A stretch of DNA of 24,000 bases from Bifidobacterium aquikefiricola (GTDB lineage Bacteria > Actinomycetota > Actinomycetes > Actinomycetales > Bifidobacteriaceae). Position numbers and translations under genes: made by a program. Below are positions 7,240 through 14,171 of the stretch, piece by piece. The DNA lies in contig NZ_CP129674.1 in NCBI RefSeq assembly GCF_041080795.1, positions 2,268,629 through 2,292,628 of the forward strand. Direction: 5' to 3'. The number at the start of each line of letters is the position of its first letter. The stretch's first letter is position 1. The notes beneath the pieces were generated by a model. The model had not been told where the DNA came from. It saw only the letters and a list, made by a program, of their open reading frames with translations, and ran no database searches.

Positions 7240-8389
7240 AAAAGGACTCGGAAGTTCCTGGATAGCGGCATGGTGTTTCACCATCATCATGGCATCGGTG
7301 ACGGTGACCACGCCATTGTGGCAATACTACGAAAAACGATATGGCTTTGGGTCCACAGGAGTCAGCGTGGCATTCGGCGCCATGGCAGTCGGAGTGTTCA
7401 TGGCGCTGCCACTGCTTGGCGGACTTTCCGATTCATGGGGAAGATTCCGCGTGATGAGCGTTGCCATCGTCATCGACCTCATGGCAACGGCAATACTCCT
7501 CATCCCGGGAATTGCACCACTACTGCTGGCTCGAGTTTTGCAAGGCTGTGCCGTAGCGCTCACGGTGTCATCGGCACCACCGGCAATCAGCGAAGGCTTG
7601 TCATATGACGGACGATCTCGTCCAGAGTTGACCGCTTCGATCTCGACCGTGGCCAACCTTGGCGGCCTCGGCTTCGGAAGCCTTCTGTCGGCCATCGTGG
7701 TCGCCGCTGTCGGCAACCCTTTCATCGCCCCATTCCTTGCATTCGCAATACTGCTTTGCGCATCGCTGATACCTTGCGCACGCATTGCCGCGAGCGAAGG
7801 AAACCGGCGCAGTTTCCATGTGAGATTGCCAAAGGTTCCTGACGGAGGTCTGCGATCATACCTCGGTGCCGGACTCTGCGGATTGGTCTCCTTCGCCGCT
7901 TTTTCGGTATACGCATCGCTGGGTCCCGGAATTCTCGCGGACACATTCGCCATGCGCTCGACATTTGCAGGTCCCATACTCTACTGCTCGGTTATGGCAT
8001 GCAGCGCCGTAGGGCAGCTCGTTCTCATGCGCTTGCAGACAGCACGAAGGCGCATGACAGGAATGGGACTTTTCGTTGTTGGGTTTGCGCTGCTCTTCCT
8101 CGCGCTCTGTGAACACATGCTTATCGTTTTCATCATCGCCAGTCTGCTGCTCGGCCTAGGCTCGGGGCTTATCCTGGCTGAAGCCTCTCGCGTGGTAACC
8201 GCGCACTCTCACCGTGAAACCGCTGCCGCATCGCAGGCCGGTTTCTTTATGATGGGGTATGTTGGGATGATCATCCCAATCATCGTCCTCGCCTCACTGA
8301 TAGGCGCGGTCGGAACCACCACCGCGTTTGCAATCACTGGCACTGTACTCTCTCTGCTCGCCGCCGCAGGCATGGCCGCAACCTCATGA
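7220..8389 (+). CDS. MFS transporter (12-TMS class), probable efflux pump
   Basis: 389 aa and highly hydrophobic. The MFS motif A-like LGGLSDSWGRFRV follows TM2. The GTG start overlaps the MerR stop by 20 nt. Confidence 0.85.
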   Translation: MEQRNNRKGLGSSWIAAWCFTIIMASVTVTTPLWQYYEKRYGFGSTGVSVAFGAMAVGVFMALPLLGGLSDSWGRFRVMSVAIVIDLMATAILLIPGIAPLLLARVLQGCAVALTVSSAPPAISEGLSYDGRSRPELTASISTVANLGGLGFGSLLSAIVVAAVGNPFIAPFLAFAILLCASLIPCARIAASEGNRRSFHVRLPKVPDGGLRSYLGAGLCGLVSFAAFSVYASLGPGILADTFAMRSTFAGPILYCSVMACSAVGQLVLMRLQTARRRMTGMGLFVVGFALLFLALCEHMLIVFIIASLLLGLGSGLILAEASRVVTAHSHRETAAASQAGFFMMGYVGMIIPIIVLASLIGAVGTTTAFAITGTVLSLLAAAGMAATS

Positions 8390-8398
8390 TTGCGCTTG

Positions 8399-9277
8399 TT
8401 ACTGATTCTTTTTGGCCACAATGGAAAAGGTCAGAGGAATGCGGGGATATTGGTCAGGCATACGCCATCCGCCGTCATTCTCGTCTGCAGTCAACATTGG
8501 AAGGGATTGCCAATCCGCGACTTCATATTCTCCGATGTTTTCAATCGTCAGTCCGGCGTGGATTAGTGATTCTGTGATCTCGTGAAAATCATGCGCCCAG
8601 TTATGATTCCGTGTGTGCTCAATCTTCCCGGCCGAACCTTCGGTGTACGAGGAGTTGGAATCATATGAGGATTCGGTCCCACTGAAATAATCCTGCACAA
8701 CGTTCAACCCCGAATTATCAAGCGCGAACAACAGTGGATGATCATCTCTGATCATGAAAACACCGCCCGGAACAAGAAGATTCGCTATGGACTGCGCCCA
8801 CTCTGTCAAATCGGGCAGCCAGGTGATAGTTCCGACACTGGTAACGACCACATCGAAACGATGCTCAACCGGTGTCAATGCCTGATCGGAATGACGCGCA
8901 TCACCCTGCACAAATCTCACTGGAACCTGGGCACGTTGAGCTATAGATCTTGCATAGGCCAATGCGACATCCGAAAAATCAAGTCCGCACACGCCTCTGG
9001 CTCCAAGTCGATACCAGCTCACCGTATCGAGTCCGATATGGCACTGCAAATGCAGAAGCCGCCGATTTTCTATGCCCTGCGAGCCGAGAAAAGGAGCAAG
9101 AACCGCATAGTCTCGTCTGACAACTGACGTTATTTCCTCAGTATTATTAATGAAGGAATCAATGTCACCGTATCCGCCATGCATATGAACGCTGGCTCTA
9201 TCATTCCAGTTCTCAAGATTCTGATGCACGTCATCAGCATCGGACATATCTGTATGCACCATATGTAATTCCTTCAT
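8399..9277 (-). CDS. Class I SAM-dependent methyltransferase
   Basis: 292 aa. Motif I region LLHLQCHIGLDTVSWYRLGARGVCGLDFS, then FVQGD, and post-motif FDVVVTSVGTITWLPD...LLVPGGVFMIRDDHP. Confidence 0.85.
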   Translation of the reverse strand: MKELHMVHTDMSDADDVHQNLENWNDRASVHMHGGYGDIDSFINNTEEITSVVRRDYAVLAPFLGSQGIENRRLLHLQCHIGLDTVSWYRLGARGVCGLDFSDVALAYARSIAQRAQVPVRFVQGDARHSDQALTPVEHRFDVVVTSVGTITWLPDLTEWAQSIANLLVPGGVFMIRDDHPLLFALDNSGLNVVQDYFSGTESSYDSNSSYTEGSAGKIEHTRNHNWAHDFHEITESLIHAGLTIENIGEYEVADWQSLPMLTADENDGGWRMPDQYPRIPLTFSIVAKKNQ

Positions 9278-9404
9278 GCTCCCTTATACACAATGCACAA
9301 AAGCGTATTTCCATCCCCATACAAGCAAAGATACCCATGACTCAATCTCTACATTCGTTCACATCAGGCAGAGGTGTAGGTCATGCGGCAATGAGAGTGC
9401 GGTG

Positions 9405-9674
9405 TCAGACGAGCTTGCGGCGCAGGTACTCGCTGCGGCTGATGTGGAATCTCTCAGCGTCCCGCGTGATCCTGTCAAGGGTGGATTTGGGCAGGCGGAA
9501 GCTCACCGTGGCCATCTCCTCCTCGCTCTGCGCGAGGTGCAGACCGTAGTAGACCTTGTCAGTCAGCCTGTCGTCCACGGTCTCGGACTCGACCTGACCG
9601 GCGTCTTTCTCGACCTGCTCGCTGCTCATGCCGAATTTTCTCAGCAGCTCCACGTCGTGCTGGCTCATGCTCAT
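9405..9674 (-). CDS. Ribbon-helix-helix (CopG/BrnA-like) antitoxin-type protein
   Basis: 89 aa. The C-terminal segment ATVSFRLPKSTLDRITRDAERFHISRSEYLRRKLV fits the RHH pattern. An AGGAGG RBS lies 6 nt upstream. The ATG overlaps the stop of the upstream ORF as ATGA. Confidence 0.7.
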   Translation of the reverse strand: MSMSQHDVELLRKFGMSSEQVEKDAGQVESETVDDRLTDKVYYGLHLAQSEEEMATVSFRLPKSTLDRITRDAERFHISRSEYLRRKLV

Positions 9675-9781
9675 CGTTGCCTCCTGATTCGTGCGATCTC
9701 CCTCATGAACTTCCTGGTGGGAGAGGTGAATGCGTGATAGATCAGCACCTCGCCGCCAGTATTGTGATAAGTATGTGGTAC
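9671..9781 (-). pseudogene. Probable 3' remnant of the cognate toxin gene (N-terminal part missing)
   Basis: Only the last roughly 36 codons (VPHTYHNTGGEVLIYHAFTSPTRKFMREIARIRRQR*) look protein-like, and they vaguely resemble a BrnT-type C-terminus. Upstream sequence in the same frame is AT-rich and non-coding-like, and merges into the acetyltransferase promoter region. Confidence 0.3.
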
Positions 9782-9942
9782 AAGCGTATTACATAAAAAG
9801 AGACTGCATTTGTATGCATCCCAACCACCAGCAACAGCAGCGAGCAGCAGCGAAGCATCAGATGGCAAGAAAAGCCAAGGTAAACGAACAGCGTAGAAGG
9901 AAACAACATACAATTACCATTGGTTGTTCAGTCAAGGAGGAC

Positions 9943-10536
9943 ATGATGAATGAGTTGGACAAGTGTATGGCAGGTGAGATTTACGATGCTCACGAACAGG
10001 TTTTTCTGAAATACAAAACAGACGCGCGACGGTTACTTGACGCTTATTCCCAGCTACCGTATGAGGCAAAGGCCGAGAAAACAAGAATACTGCATGAACT
10101 GCTCGGTTCAGTGGGCGATAACGTCACCATCGGCATGAGGTTCACCTGTGACTATGGGCGAAATATCCATCTGGGGTCCAATATTTCGGTCAATATGAAT
10201 TGCACTTTTGTTGATTGCAACACGATCACCATTGGTTCTGACACCTTAATCGCATCCAATGTTCAACTCTATACGGCAACGCATCCAGCGGAGTTGGCTG
10301 AACGGCTGGTTGACGACTGGCACGCGGACAGCGGCCATTACCGCTGGAATACGTATGCGCGTCCAATCGAGATTGGTCGTGGCTGCTGGTTGGGTGGAGG
10401 CGTGATCGTGCTCCCGGGCGTGAAAATCGGTGACGGAACGGTAATTGGTGCCGGTGCAGTGGTAACGAAAGACATACCAGCAAACAGTATCGCTGTTGGC
10501 AACCCTGCACATGTGATTCGTACCATCAATCAGTAG
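9943..10536 (+). CDS. maa: Maltose/galactoside O-acetyltransferase (left-handed beta-helix, hexapeptide repeat)
   Basis: 197 aa. It has a Mac-type N-terminus (MAGEIYDAHEQ...RILHELLGSVG), CDYGxNIxLG, YTATHP, and hexapeptide repeats IGRGCWLGGGVIVLPGVKIGDGTVIGAGAVVTKDIP..SIAVGNPA. This closely parallels E. coli Maa. An AAGGAGG RBS lies at 9934-9940. The 71-codon upstream extension in the track ORF is rejected. Confidence 0.9.
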   Translation: MMNELDKCMAGEIYDAHEQVFLKYKTDARRLLDAYSQLPYEAKAEKTRILHELLGSVGDNVTIGMRFTCDYGRNIHLGSNISVNMNCTFVDCNTITIGSDTLIASNVQLYTATHPAELAERLVDDWHADSGHYRWNTYARPIEIGRGCWLGGGVIVLPGVKIGDGTVIGAGAVVTKDIPANSIAVGNPAHVIRTINQ

Positions 10537-10592
10537 CATCACTGGCAAAGCAATATACCAGCGAAAGGCCGCCAACGGTCTGGTGGAATTGC

Positions 10593-10630
10593 CTACCCTT
10601 GTACCTCTCATGAGCTGGTATCGTGTGAGG
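10593..10630. repeat. Left copy of a 38-bp imperfect direct repeat flanking the AbiE cassette
   Basis: CTACCCTTGTACCTCTCATGAGCTGGTATCGTGTGAGG. It matches 12652-12689 at 34 of 38 positions, and the last 17 nt are identical. Confidence 0.8.
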
Positions 10631-10715
10631 AGCTTCCAATCTCAAATCGCTTCATCATCCAGCTAGACCAGATTTTTTCCTATGAGAAATCCGCAGGATG
10701 TCTGCCACCGAGGTG

Positions 10716-11636
10716 TCACCGTTCCACCCAGGCCAACAATGCTGGATCCCATTCGAGTGGTGTCGCGGTGTCGCGTGCGTACAGGTTTTCTAACAGTCCT
10801 TGTATCAGGGTGTGTGCTTGCTCTATGGTCATGTCGTCCACTTTGGTTGTCTGTGCGGTTTGATGGAATTGTGCAGGCTTCCAAGATTTAGGTATTGCGA
10901 ATTCGATAGGGTACGGCAGTTGACGTCGGACGCTTTCGCTTCTCAGTGATTCTTCGAGTGTACCGGCTTCGAAGCGTTGTGTGACGACGATGATCGCGAG
11001 GTCGACCAGATCCTTGATACGGCTGGATTCCCTCCCGTTGATCTTCTGCACCACGGCACACACCTTATCGGCGAACTGACAGGTGACCGGGTACAGGCGG
11101 TATGGATAAGTGGTCAGCCTGTCGATTGGCAGGCGGTTGACGGGTGTCAGCACATCGGCCCTGGGCATGGTTCCCTGATGAGCGACGAGGTCCACGTGTA
11201 TCGGATTGAGGAGCTTGACACCAAGACGAGTGTTGAAAACCACCCGCCACCCATCCTGATACGGCTGATTGTCCGCTTGAAGGATCGGCGTCGCGGAAAC
11301 GAATTCAAAGACGAAATGGTCGTGCAGGTCGATATCTGCCAGGCGTTTGAGTTCTTCGAGAGATTCTCGTGCATCGTATCCATTGCTGAACAGGTCCGCA
11401 TCGAGGGTGCGTCGGGTCGAGGGGATGCGGGCGAGCATGGCACTACCTCCTTTGAGTACCCAGGTGCTCTCCTCCCCCTCGCTGAAGACCCTGCTGAGGA
11501 ACCGGTCATAGTGAGCCTGTCTAATGAGGTCGCCTACCAGCCGTTTCGGATGGCGTGCATGCTCGGCTTTCGCGGCGCTTTTGATGGCCGCCTCGACCGC
11601 GATACCAGACGAGTAGGCGTAGGTGTCGTCGGTCAT
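10716..11636 (-). CDS. abiEii: AbiEii/AbiGii-family nucleotidyltransferase toxin (type IV TA / abortive infection)
   Basis: 306 aa. HYDRFLSRVF....WVLKGGSAMLARIPSTRRTLDADLF is the characteristic DUF1814/AbiEii N-terminal NTase motif. A GAAAGGA RBS is present. The gene lies 23 nt downstream of the AbiEi gene. Confidence 0.9.
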   Translation of the reverse strand: MTDDTYAYSSGIAVEAAIKSAAKAEHARHPKRLVGDLIRQAHYDRFLSRVFSEGEESTWVLKGGSAMLARIPSTRRTLDADLFSNGYDARESLEELKRLADIDLHDHFVFEFVSATPILQADNQPYQDGWRVVFNTRLGVKLLNPIHVDLVAHQGTMPRADVLTPVNRLPIDRLTTYPYRLYPVTCQFADKVCAVVQKINGRESSRIKDLVDLAIIVVTQRFEAGTLEESLRSESVRRQLPYPIEFAIPKSWKPAQFHQTAQTTKVDDMTIEQAHTLIQGLLENLYARDTATPLEWDPALLAWVER

Positions 11637-11659
11637 GATGTTGTCCTTTCTTCTGGGAT

Positions 11660-12544
11660 TTACGATTCTTTGGGATCAGCATCGTCTGAAGTGTCGGCGG
11701 GGAAAGTACCGCTGATGCCGGGATTCTCCTTGTCTGATTGCATGCGTTCAACGAACAGTTGCGCGAATTCATGGATCTTCATCAGGGCATTCGCGATAGC
11801 CTCAGCGTTACTGTTTGAGAACGAATCATACGTGAAATTCGTAAGGGACTCGAAGCGGTCACTTAGCACTTGGGCTGCATTCCGGAGCGTTTCACTGATG
11901 CGGTCATCCACCGGTCCCATCAGCTGCGCAACCATCGACTTCCCGTCCTCGGGGGCGAAACCTTGACGTTTCGCCAGCGGTGCCAGTCGTCTGGCGAGCT
12001 TATCCCTGTCCAAATCCCCGGATCGGTGCACAAACTCTTTCAGCAGCATGTTCTGAATCAAGGAAAGGTCTGTTCCTATTTCCACCAGATCGGCCACAGT
12101 CTGTTCGAATATCGTCACCGGCAGACCATTGACTATTCGCACGGACTCGCTGGGATAGCGTCGTGTGCGCAGCTTGAGATCTGCTCTTTGTGTCTGTCGT
12201 CGCCGCGGCGTGGAGAACCGGTAGGGTTCGGGAACGAAATCACCAACCCCGAGCATCCATGCTGCGCTTTCAAGACAGACGATGGCCTCGTCAGGCACGT
12301 CACGCAGACGTGCCTCAGCGGTGCGTTTCGGATCGATGGACAGCCAGGCGGCATGCACGCCCTCGAAAGCGTCAGTCGGCACCCCCGCATCCTTGTATAT
12401 ACCGTGAGCCAAACGCTCGAAGATACCTGACCGTTCCATGCGTGACAGATCGAGTCTCGTCACACCAAGCATCTCGGCTTGCGAGGTCGTCACCATACCC
12501 CACTGGCCTGATGTGAGTGTGGCAAGCTTTGCGACTTTATTCAT
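11660..12544 (-). CDS. abiEi: AbiEi-family antitoxin / transcriptional autoregulator
   Basis: 294 aa. The N-terminal winged-HTH is LATLTSGQWGMVTTSQAEMLGVTRLDLSRMERSGIFERLAHGIYKDAG (AbiEi_4-type). It sits upstream of AbiEii, which is the canonical gene order. Confidence 0.85.
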   Translation of the reverse strand: MNKVAKLATLTSGQWGMVTTSQAEMLGVTRLDLSRMERSGIFERLAHGIYKDAGVPTDAFEGVHAAWLSIDPKRTAEARLRDVPDEAIVCLESAAWMLGVGDFVPEPYRFSTPRRRQTQRADLKLRTRRYPSESVRIVNGLPVTIFEQTVADLVEIGTDLSLIQNMLLKEFVHRSGDLDRDKLARRLAPLAKRQGFAPEDGKSMVAQLMGPVDDRISETLRNAAQVLSDRFESLTNFTYDSFSNSNAEAIANALMKIHEFAQLFVERMQSDKENPGISGTFPADTSDDADPKES

Positions 12545-12580
12545 ACTTGTATTGTATCTTTATCTGATACAATACAAGTA
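12544..12580. promoter_or_regulatory. Perfect 15-bp inverted repeat (candidate AbiEi operator) overlapping the promoter and abutting the start codon
   Basis: TACTTGTATTGTATC (12544-12558), a 7-nt spacer, then GATACAATACAAGTA (12566-12580). On the coding strand the proximal arm contains a -10-like TACAAT 6 nt before the ATG, and the arm's last base is the A of the ATG. This implies a leaderless transcript. Confidence 0.6.
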
Positions 12581-12651
12581 CAAAGCATTCACGGACGAAC
12601 TGCCATCATCGACCACAGCAACAGCGTTGCATTTGAAAATAGACAACAGCT

Positions 12652-12689
12652 CTACCCTTGCATCGCTCATGGGCTGGTATCGTGTGAGG
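12652..12689. repeat. Right copy of the 38-bp imperfect direct repeat flanking the AbiE cassette
   Basis: CTACCCTTGCATCGCTCATGGGCTGGTATCGTGTGAGG. It lies 2059 bp from the left copy in the same orientation, inside the leader of the YjdF-family gene. Confidence 0.8.
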
Positions 12690-12746
12690 TGAAGATAAAA
12701 ACACAGTTCGGTACGGTAGTCCGGACGCGGTTTCCCGTCAGTATCC

Positions 12747-12789
12747 AGCCTCCTCGGCCGTCCAATCTTCTCGAATCATAGAGGAGGTT
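12747..12789 (+). promoter_or_regulatory. Predicted RBS-sequestering hairpin in the leader of the YjdF-family gene
   Basis: AGCCTCCTC (12747-12755) can pair with GAGGAGGTT (12781-12789) over 9 bp, including one G-U pair. The second arm is the GAGGAGG Shine-Dalgarno, 7 nt before the ATG at 12795. The loop is 25 nt. Confidence 0.3.
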
Positions 12790-12794
12790 GTAGT

Positions 12795-13238
12795 ATGCCT
12801 GAAAACGGGCGTAAGTTTTCAAAAGCTCAATCAACAGTATATTTTGACGGCTCGTTCTGGGTCTGTGTGTGCGAGCGCGAGAACGACGGGAAAATTCAGG
12901 TTTGTAGGATAGTGTTTGGCAGTGAACCAAAGGACTATGAGGTTCTTGATTATTTGCAGAAGCATTATTATTCGTTGGAGTTTAGTACTCCGATAAGTGT
13001 TTCCGACAGAAGCAGGAAAAGCTCTCGCAATGTGAATCCTAAGCGTCTGGAAAGAATGGCCGCTCGATCGATGCGACAACGTGGAATCAGCACAAAGGCA
13101 CAGTTGGCGCTTTCTGCTGCAAGGGATGAGCACAAGAAGAACGACAAGATTCAGAACCGTCTGAGAAGAGTCGAAGCGGATAATCATCGACGCATGCTCA
13201 AGATTCAGAAAAGAAAACTCAAGCATCGCGGACACTGA
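12795..13238 (+). CDS. YjdF-family (DUF2992) protein
   Basis: 147 aa. VYFDGSFWVCVCERENDGKIQVCRIVFGSEPKDYEVLDYL matches the DUF2992/YjdF N-terminal pattern as I recall it from B. subtilis YjdF. The C-terminal half is strongly basic (K/R-rich). A strong RBS is present. Confidence 0.7.
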   Translation: MPENGRKFSKAQSTVYFDGSFWVCVCERENDGKIQVCRIVFGSEPKDYEVLDYLQKHYYSLEFSTPISVSDRSRKSSRNVNPKRLERMAARSMRQRGISTKAQLALSAARDEHKKNDKIQNRLRRVEADNHRRMLKIQKRKLKHRGH

Positions 13239-13416
13239 AAAGGGTTCTAGAAACGGGCGATTGCAGTTCCACCGTTCAACTACTGTCGAAACGGCATCCA
13301 AAACATGACCATCACCCGAGCGACTGGACTCAATCACTTCGCGCTCAAGCTGCGGAACGCGGTCTGCAACTGCCATGCAATGCCATGCCATACTATGGCC
13401 ATGCAATCACGCCACA

Positions 13417-13773
13417 TCATGCGGTTTGCAAGCGACGATTATGCTTCTGCATGTCTCTAGCAATCAACTCTCGCATGTATTCGGACTGGTTGCCTTGGCT
13501 CTTGACATACTCAGCCATGTATGCCGGTGCCTTGAAGTGCAGCACCTCGCTCTTCTCCCTACCCCGTTCGGCAAGGCTCGGACGTCCAAGCAGCATATTC
13601 GCTGCATCCTGAGCAGTCGTGGCGCCCGTCCATTCCATCAGATCCTTGTCTGCCTGCGCCTGCGCCTCGGCCCCCGTAGTCTCCTCAGCTTGGGAATCAT
13701 CCCAACGCCATACCTCGTCCTTGTGTGCCATCTCAGTGTCCTTTCGCCCGGTCTTCGTCATGTCTGCGCTCAA
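13417..13773 (-). CDS. RHH (BrnA/CopG-like) antitoxin candidate with an acidic N-terminal extension
   Basis: The C-terminal segment SEVLHFKAPAYMAEYVKSQGNQSEYMRELIARDMQ fits a ribbon-helix-helix. The gene lies 15 nt downstream of the putative toxin. The start is ambiguous: TTG 13773, ATG 13761, or ATG 13731 with an AAGGA RBS. Confidence 0.6.
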   Translation of the reverse strand: MSADMTKTGRKDTEMAHKDEVWRWDDSQAEETTGAEAQAQADKDLMEWTGATTAQDAANMLLGRPSLAERGREKSEVLHFKAPAYMAEYVKSQGNQSEYMRELIARDMQKHNRRLQTA

Positions 13774-13788
13774 TCCCTGTCCCAGAAC

Positions 13789-14082
13789 TCAATCCTTGTC
13801 CCAAAAGTTGCCCTGCTCCGCATTGACATGGAATACGATCACTCGACCATCGGCCGCATGCTTCATCATCACCTCAATGCTCGGAACCAGTGGGTCGCCG
13901 TGATGTCTGCCAGTGAACTTGATATAGGTCTCACCGTCATGCTGCATCACACGTCTACGGATAATGTGCTGATAGGCGTATGTCACATCGTCCAGCTCGA
14001 ACCCGTGTCTGGAGGCCGATGTGGCGAACACTATCATGGAAGCGGGCATGCCATAAATAGTATCACAAAAAGATGCTACCAT
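13789..14082 (-). CDS. Putative toxin (BrnT/DUF497-like) of a toxin-first TA pair
   Basis: MIVFATSASRHGFELDDVTYAYQH...GRVIVFHVN loosely resembles the BrnT pattern (KHGv.FeDa..vf...). The protein is small (82-97 aa) and directly precedes an RHH gene. An extended -10-like TGATACTAT (14057-14065, minus strand) lies 7 nt before the internal ATG at 14049, so that ATG may be a leaderless true start. Confidence 0.45.
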   Translation of the reverse strand: MVASFCDTIYGMPASMIVFATSASRHGFELDDVTYAYQHIIRRRVMQHDGETYIKFTGRHHGDPLVPSIEVMMKHAADGRVIVFHVNAEQGNFWDKD

Positions 14083-14171
14083 TTATTGACCGAGTGATTA
14101 CAAGATTCCTCTGAGAACTCATGCATGCGGACACCGCTTCAGACCAGTTGAATCAAGCACAGCAGCCCAAC

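Noticed and set aside
8390-8398. Search for intrinsic terminators at convergent gene ends (8390-8398, 5720-5792, 16367-16406)
   Set aside because: No GC-rich stem followed by a T-tract could be found by eye. 5720-5792 contains only a short direct repeat (ATGTAG..GCGCG) and no hairpin. No terminator is reported.
9730-9942. 71-codon N-terminal extension of the acetyltransferase ORF
   Set aside because: The extension is Gln/Arg/Lys-rich with no similarity to Maa/LacA N-termini. A strong AAGGAGG RBS precedes the internal ATG at 9943, and that start yields a full-length Mac domain.
13239-13416. Minus-strand ORF start (MAVADRVPQLEREVIE...) downstream of the antitoxin, and the CCATGCAAT...CCATACTATGG...CCATGCAAT repeat/palindrome at about 13370-13405
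   Set aside because: The ORF continues antisense through the YjdF-family gene and has poor codon usage. The short repeats are AT/GC-balanced, with no T-tract or obvious function. They could be a degenerate terminator or operator, but the support is insufficient.
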